Shown here piece by piece: positions 61,174 to 64,000 of a stretch of DNA of 64,000 bases. Source of the DNA: Actinomycetota bacterium (GTDB lineage Bacteria; Actinomycetota; Actinomycetes; Actinomycetales; Microbacteriaceae); NCBI GenBank assembly GCA_018268455.1, contig JAFDWM010000003.1:8211-72210 (forward strand), given 5' to 3'. The notes beneath the pieces are model-generated. The model worked only from the letters and a program-made list of their open reading frames with translations, searched no databases and was not told where the DNA came from. How positions within the stretch are numbered: the stretch's first letter is position 1; the number at the start of each line of letters is the position of its first letter. The position numbers and the translations under genes were made by a program.

Positions 61174-61253
61174 CCCAACTTCGGAGTTCGTGGCCGACAC
61201 GCCGTACGGAGCACGGATCCCCCGGCGTGTCGGCCCGCAGCTCCGAAGTTGGG
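61174..61253. repeat. second copy of the CCCAACTTCGGAG...CTCCGAAGTTGGG double-palindrome element
   Basis: CCCAACTTCGGAG-TTCGTGGCC-GACACGCCG-...-CGGCGTGTC-GGCCCGCAG-CTCCGAAGTTGGG. Confidence 0.8.
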
Positions 61254-61345
61254 GTCGGCGCGGGGGCCGGCGGATCCCGGCGCGGAATCTATTAACAGGT
61301 TCATCCACATGTGGATTACTCGACCCTATGGAAAATTCGAGAGGA

Positions 61346-62167
61346 TCAGGAGATTCTGCTGAACAGCCTGTTGCCTCCGGCGGCGAGTGCCGCGCCGACC
61401 GCGAGGATGGCGGATCCGCCGCCGGCGTAGGCGATCTGCAGGTGGCTGCCGTGGTTCTCGACCGTGATGAAGATCACCACGAACGCGATCGCCGAGACCG
61501 CCGCGCTCACCCCGGCGACCCACCACAGCGCACCGAGCGAGCGCACCGGCTGCGCGGGTTCCGGCACCCGCCGGAGCAGCAGCGCGATCCCGCCCAGGCA
61601 GCCACATGCCGCAACAAGCATGAAGGCGGCGACGACGTCGCTGGGCCGGTGCCACTGCTGGATCACGAGCCCGATCCCCGTCGCCACGGCGACCGCGCCG
61701 CCGATCAGCGCCGCCAGCGGACGCCAGCGGGGCGTGCTCACGAGGAAGACCGCGAAGCCCGCGGCAGCCGCGACCGTCGCATGCCCGGACGGGAATGAAT
61801 TACCCAGCAGGTCGGTGGCTCCGGTCTCCGCACGCACCAGGAACACGTGCTTGGCGAGCTCGGCGGCCGCGACCGCGACCACGCCGACGGCGAGCGCGAC
61901 CACGAGATGCGTGAAGCGCCGGGTGACGACGCCGATGATCACCGTGAGCAGGATCCCGCCGCCGATCGCGACGAGCGGGACCGTGCCGAGGATCATGCCG
62001 GTGAGGCGGTAGATCGCGTCGTGCTGCGACGAGGCGCCGACGAACGCGCGCTCGTCGACGATCTGGCCGACGTAGGTGCCGACGAAGAACAGGTACGTCG
62101 CGATGAACGCGATCGCGAGCCCGAGGGCCGCGAGCGCGAACGGCGTCGCTGTTCGTCTCCTCGTCAC
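61346..62167 (-). CDS. PAP2 superfamily phosphatase (membrane)
   Basis: The PAP2 motifs SFPSGHA and WHRPSDV were read directly; about 6 TM; 273 aa. Confidence 0.8.
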   Translation of the reverse strand: MTRRRTATPFALAALGLAIAFIATYLFFVGTYVGQIVDERAFVGASSQHDAIYRLTGMILGTVPLVAIGGGILLTVIIGVVTRRFTHLVVALAVGVVAVAAAELAKHVFLVRAETGATDLLGNSFPSGHATVAAAAGFAVFLVSTPRWRPLAALIGGAVAVATGIGLVIQQWHRPSDVVAAFMLVAACGCLGGIALLLRRVPEPAQPVRSLGALWWVAGVSAAVSAIAFVVIFITVENHGSHLQIAYAGGGSAILAVGAALAAGGNRLFSRIS

Positions 62168-62174
62168 CCGTCCA

Positions 62175-62795
62175 TCATGCAGGCTCGACCTGTGCGGCGC
62201 CCGGCCTGGCGCTGTGCTTCGGGCGGGCGGAGTCCAGCAGCGGCAGCGCGATGTGCACGAGCGGGCCGATGCCGAGCGCGAACACCACCGTGCCGATGCC
62301 GACGGTACCGCCGAGCAGCCAGCCGATCACCAGCACTGTGAGCTCGACGCTCAGCCGCGCGGCCCAGATCGGCCAGCCCAGGCGCTCGTGCATGCCCGTC
62401 ATGAGGCCGTCGCGTGGCCCCGGCCCGAACCGCGCCCCGATGTAGAGTCCGCTGGCGATCGCGACGACCACCACAGCCGCCAGGAGCACCAGCACCTGTG
62501 CGAGCAGGCCCTCCGCCGGCGGCACGACCGTGATCGTGGCCTGGATGGCCGTGCCCACGAGCAGCACGTTCAGCACGGTGCCGACGCCGGGACGCTGACG
62601 CAGCGGGATCCACAGCAGCAGCACCAGCAGGCCGACGATGTTGGTGATCCAGCCCACGCCGATGCCGGTCCGGGCGGCGAGTCCCTCGGCGAACACGGTC
62701 CACGGGTCGACGCCCAGGCCGGCGTCGATCATGAGCCCGCAGCCGAACCCGTACAGCGCGAGCCCGATGAGCAGTTGCAGCATCCGTCGTGTCAT
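62175..62795 (-). CDS. YczE/YitT-like membrane protein
   Basis: 206 aa with 5-6 TM (LLIGLALYGFGCGLMIDAGLGVDPWTVF...). It is divergently paired with a MocR-type regulator, a common arrangement. Confidence 0.7.
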   Translation of the reverse strand: MTRRMLQLLIGLALYGFGCGLMIDAGLGVDPWTVFAEGLAARTGIGVGWITNIVGLLVLLLWIPLRQRPGVGTVLNVLLVGTAIQATITVVPPAEGLLAQVLVLLAAVVVVAIASGLYIGARFGPGPRDGLMTGMHERLGWPIWAARLSVELTVLVIGWLLGGTVGIGTVVFALGIGPLVHIALPLLDSARPKHSARPGAAQVEPA

Positions 62796-62856
62796 GGATC
62801 CATGATGCGGGAGAACTGGCCTGTTGAGACCAGTCCAATCGCTTTATGCTGGCCCC

Positions 62857-64000
62857 ATGGACTCCCGGCTCTCCGCCCGTGCCCTCGTCGAGCTGCTCGG
62901 CCTCTGGCGCACCAGCGACCCTGCCTTCGCGGCGCTGGCGGACGGGATCCGCCTGCTCTGCCTGGACAACCGGATTGCACCGGAGACGGCGCTGCCCGCC
63001 GAGCGCGAGCTCGCGACGGCGCTCGGAGTGAGCCGCACCACGGTCGCGGCCGCCTACGGCAGTCTGCGCGGCACCGGGCACATCCTGAGCCGGCAGGGCT
63101 CGGGCAGCGTCACCCGGCCGCTCGGGCGCACGGCGTCCAACCGCTGGTTCGACCGCGGCGGCATCGACCTGCAGCAGGCGAGCCCGCCGGCCTGGCCGGG
63201 GCTTCCGGGCGTGATCGCCGAGGCCGCGGCCGGGGCGACCGCCCTCGTCTCGCGCTCCGGCTTCGACATCCTGGGCCACGTCGAGCTGCGGGCCGCGATC
63301 GCCGACCGGTACACGCACAACGGTCTCCGCACGGATCCGGACCAGATCATGGTCACCACCGGCGCGCAGCACGCGCTGGGGCTCATCGCCCGCACCCTGC
63401 TGCGCCGAGCCGACCGGGTGCTCATCGAGACGCCGAGCTACCCGCACGCGATGGAGACGTTCCGGCATGCCGGAGGGCGACTCGTGGGTGTACCGGTCGA
63501 CGCGGCGCACGGCTGGGACCTCGACCGTGCCGCGCAGGCCTTCGCCCGCACCCGGCCCGTGCTGGCCTACCTCATGCCCGAGTTCCAGAACCCGACAGGC
63601 CGACGGATGACCGCCGCGGAGCGGGCGGCGTTCGAGTCGGCGGCCGCCGATGCCGGATCGGCGTTGCTCATCGACGAGACCACAGCCGACCTCGCGATCG
63701 ACGATCTGCCGCCGCTGCGCCCACTCGGGGCCGACGACGAGGCGACCATCCGGGTCGGATCCCTCGGCAAGAGCGTGTGGGGCGGGCTGCGGATCGGGTG
63801 GATCCGTGCCGGCGATGACCTGATCCGGCGCCTGCGCGCGGCCCGCCCGGCCCAGGACCTGGGCACGCCCGATCTGGAGCAGGCGATCGCGACCCGCGTG
63901 GTGGGGCTGCTCGACGAGATCCTCCCGCAGCGTGCCGCCCTGCTGCGCGCCGGCCGTGACACACTCACCGCCGCGCTCGCCCGCGAGCTGCCCGAGTGGA
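62857..64000 (+). CDS. MocR-family regulator (GntR HTH fused to a PLP-dependent aminotransferase-like domain); the 3' end lies outside the window
   Basis: This ORF is not in the track because it has no stop in the window. Hand translation from ATG 62857 gives MDSRLSARALVELL...LPAERELATALGVSRTTVAAAYGSLRGTGHILSRQGSGSVT, then ...VTTGAQHALGLIARTLL...ETPSYPHA...NPTGRRM...GSLGKSVWGGLRIGWI. Confidence 0.85.
   Translation, partial: MDSRLSARALVELLGLWRTSDPAFAALADGIRLLCLDNRIAPETALPAERELATALGVSRTTVAAAYGSLRGTGHILSRQGSGSVTRPLGRTASNRWFDRGGIDLQQASPPAWPGLPGVIAEAAAGATALVSRSGFDILGHVELRAAIADRYTHNGLRTDPDQIMVTTGAQHALGLIARTLLRRADRVLIETPSYPHAMETFRHAGGRLVGVPVDAAHGWDLDRAAQAFARTRPVLAYLMPEFQNPTGRRMTAAERAAFESAAADAGSALLIDETTADLAIDDLPPLRPLGADDEATIRVGSLGKSVWGGLRIGWIRAGDDLIRRLRAARPAQDLGTPDLEQAIATRVVGLLDEILPQRAALLRAGRDTLTAALARELPEW

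Overview
This is a high-GC (about 70% by eye) actinobacterial chromosome segment. Gene content and order look like Micrococcales or Microbacteriaceae, but that is an inference from synteny, not a database match. About 64 protein genes are tightly packed, plus one tRNA. I found no rRNA, CRISPR array, transposase, integrase or phage gene.

Layout, left to right:
- 0-12 kb: an accessory-looking cluster. It holds a GCS2-type ligase, an Sfp-type PPTase, an isochorismatase-like hydrolase, a MarR-MFS-ABM unit, an M1 metallopeptidase and a 1,319-aa Pls/PosA-type membrane NRPS.
- 12.1-18.5 kb: a six-gene Mrp (Mnh) cation/proton antiporter operon.
- 18.7-23.2 kb: a LacI/MFS pair, nucS, a HAD hydrolase and cspA.
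- 23.7-29.5 kb: two tandemly duplicated TetR-MFS efflux modules.
- 29.6-36.9 kb: a regulator, VOC and efflux-rich stretch ending at tRNA-Leu(CAG).
- 37.5-49.4 kb: the conserved origin-proximal actinobacterial cell-wall and division block. It runs fhaA-fhaB-pstP-rodA-pbpA-two STPKs, then sortase E, crgA, rhomboid and ppiA.
- 49.5-64 kb: housekeeping and transport genes. These are YbaK, NUDIX, a CtaG-like protein, an M24 peptidase, a five-gene peptide ABC importer, Lrp, PAP2, YczE and a MocR regulator.

Most noteworthy observations:
- An orphan Pls-like homopoly(amino acid) synthetase sits next to an M1 peptidase and near a PPTase.
- The palindrome GGATCC is about 10-fold over-represented by hand count. 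It occurs in all reading frames and in intergenic hairpins.
- There are at least two families of structured, nested-palindrome intergenic repeats.
- Consensus DnaA boxes cluster in the crgA/rhomboid convergent spacer.
- The duplicated TetR-MFS modules share operator-like motifs, and both transporters carry a roughly 190-aa insert.

Many long ORFs in the supplied track are antisense or out-of-frame shadow ORFs typical of high-GC DNA, and I rejected them.
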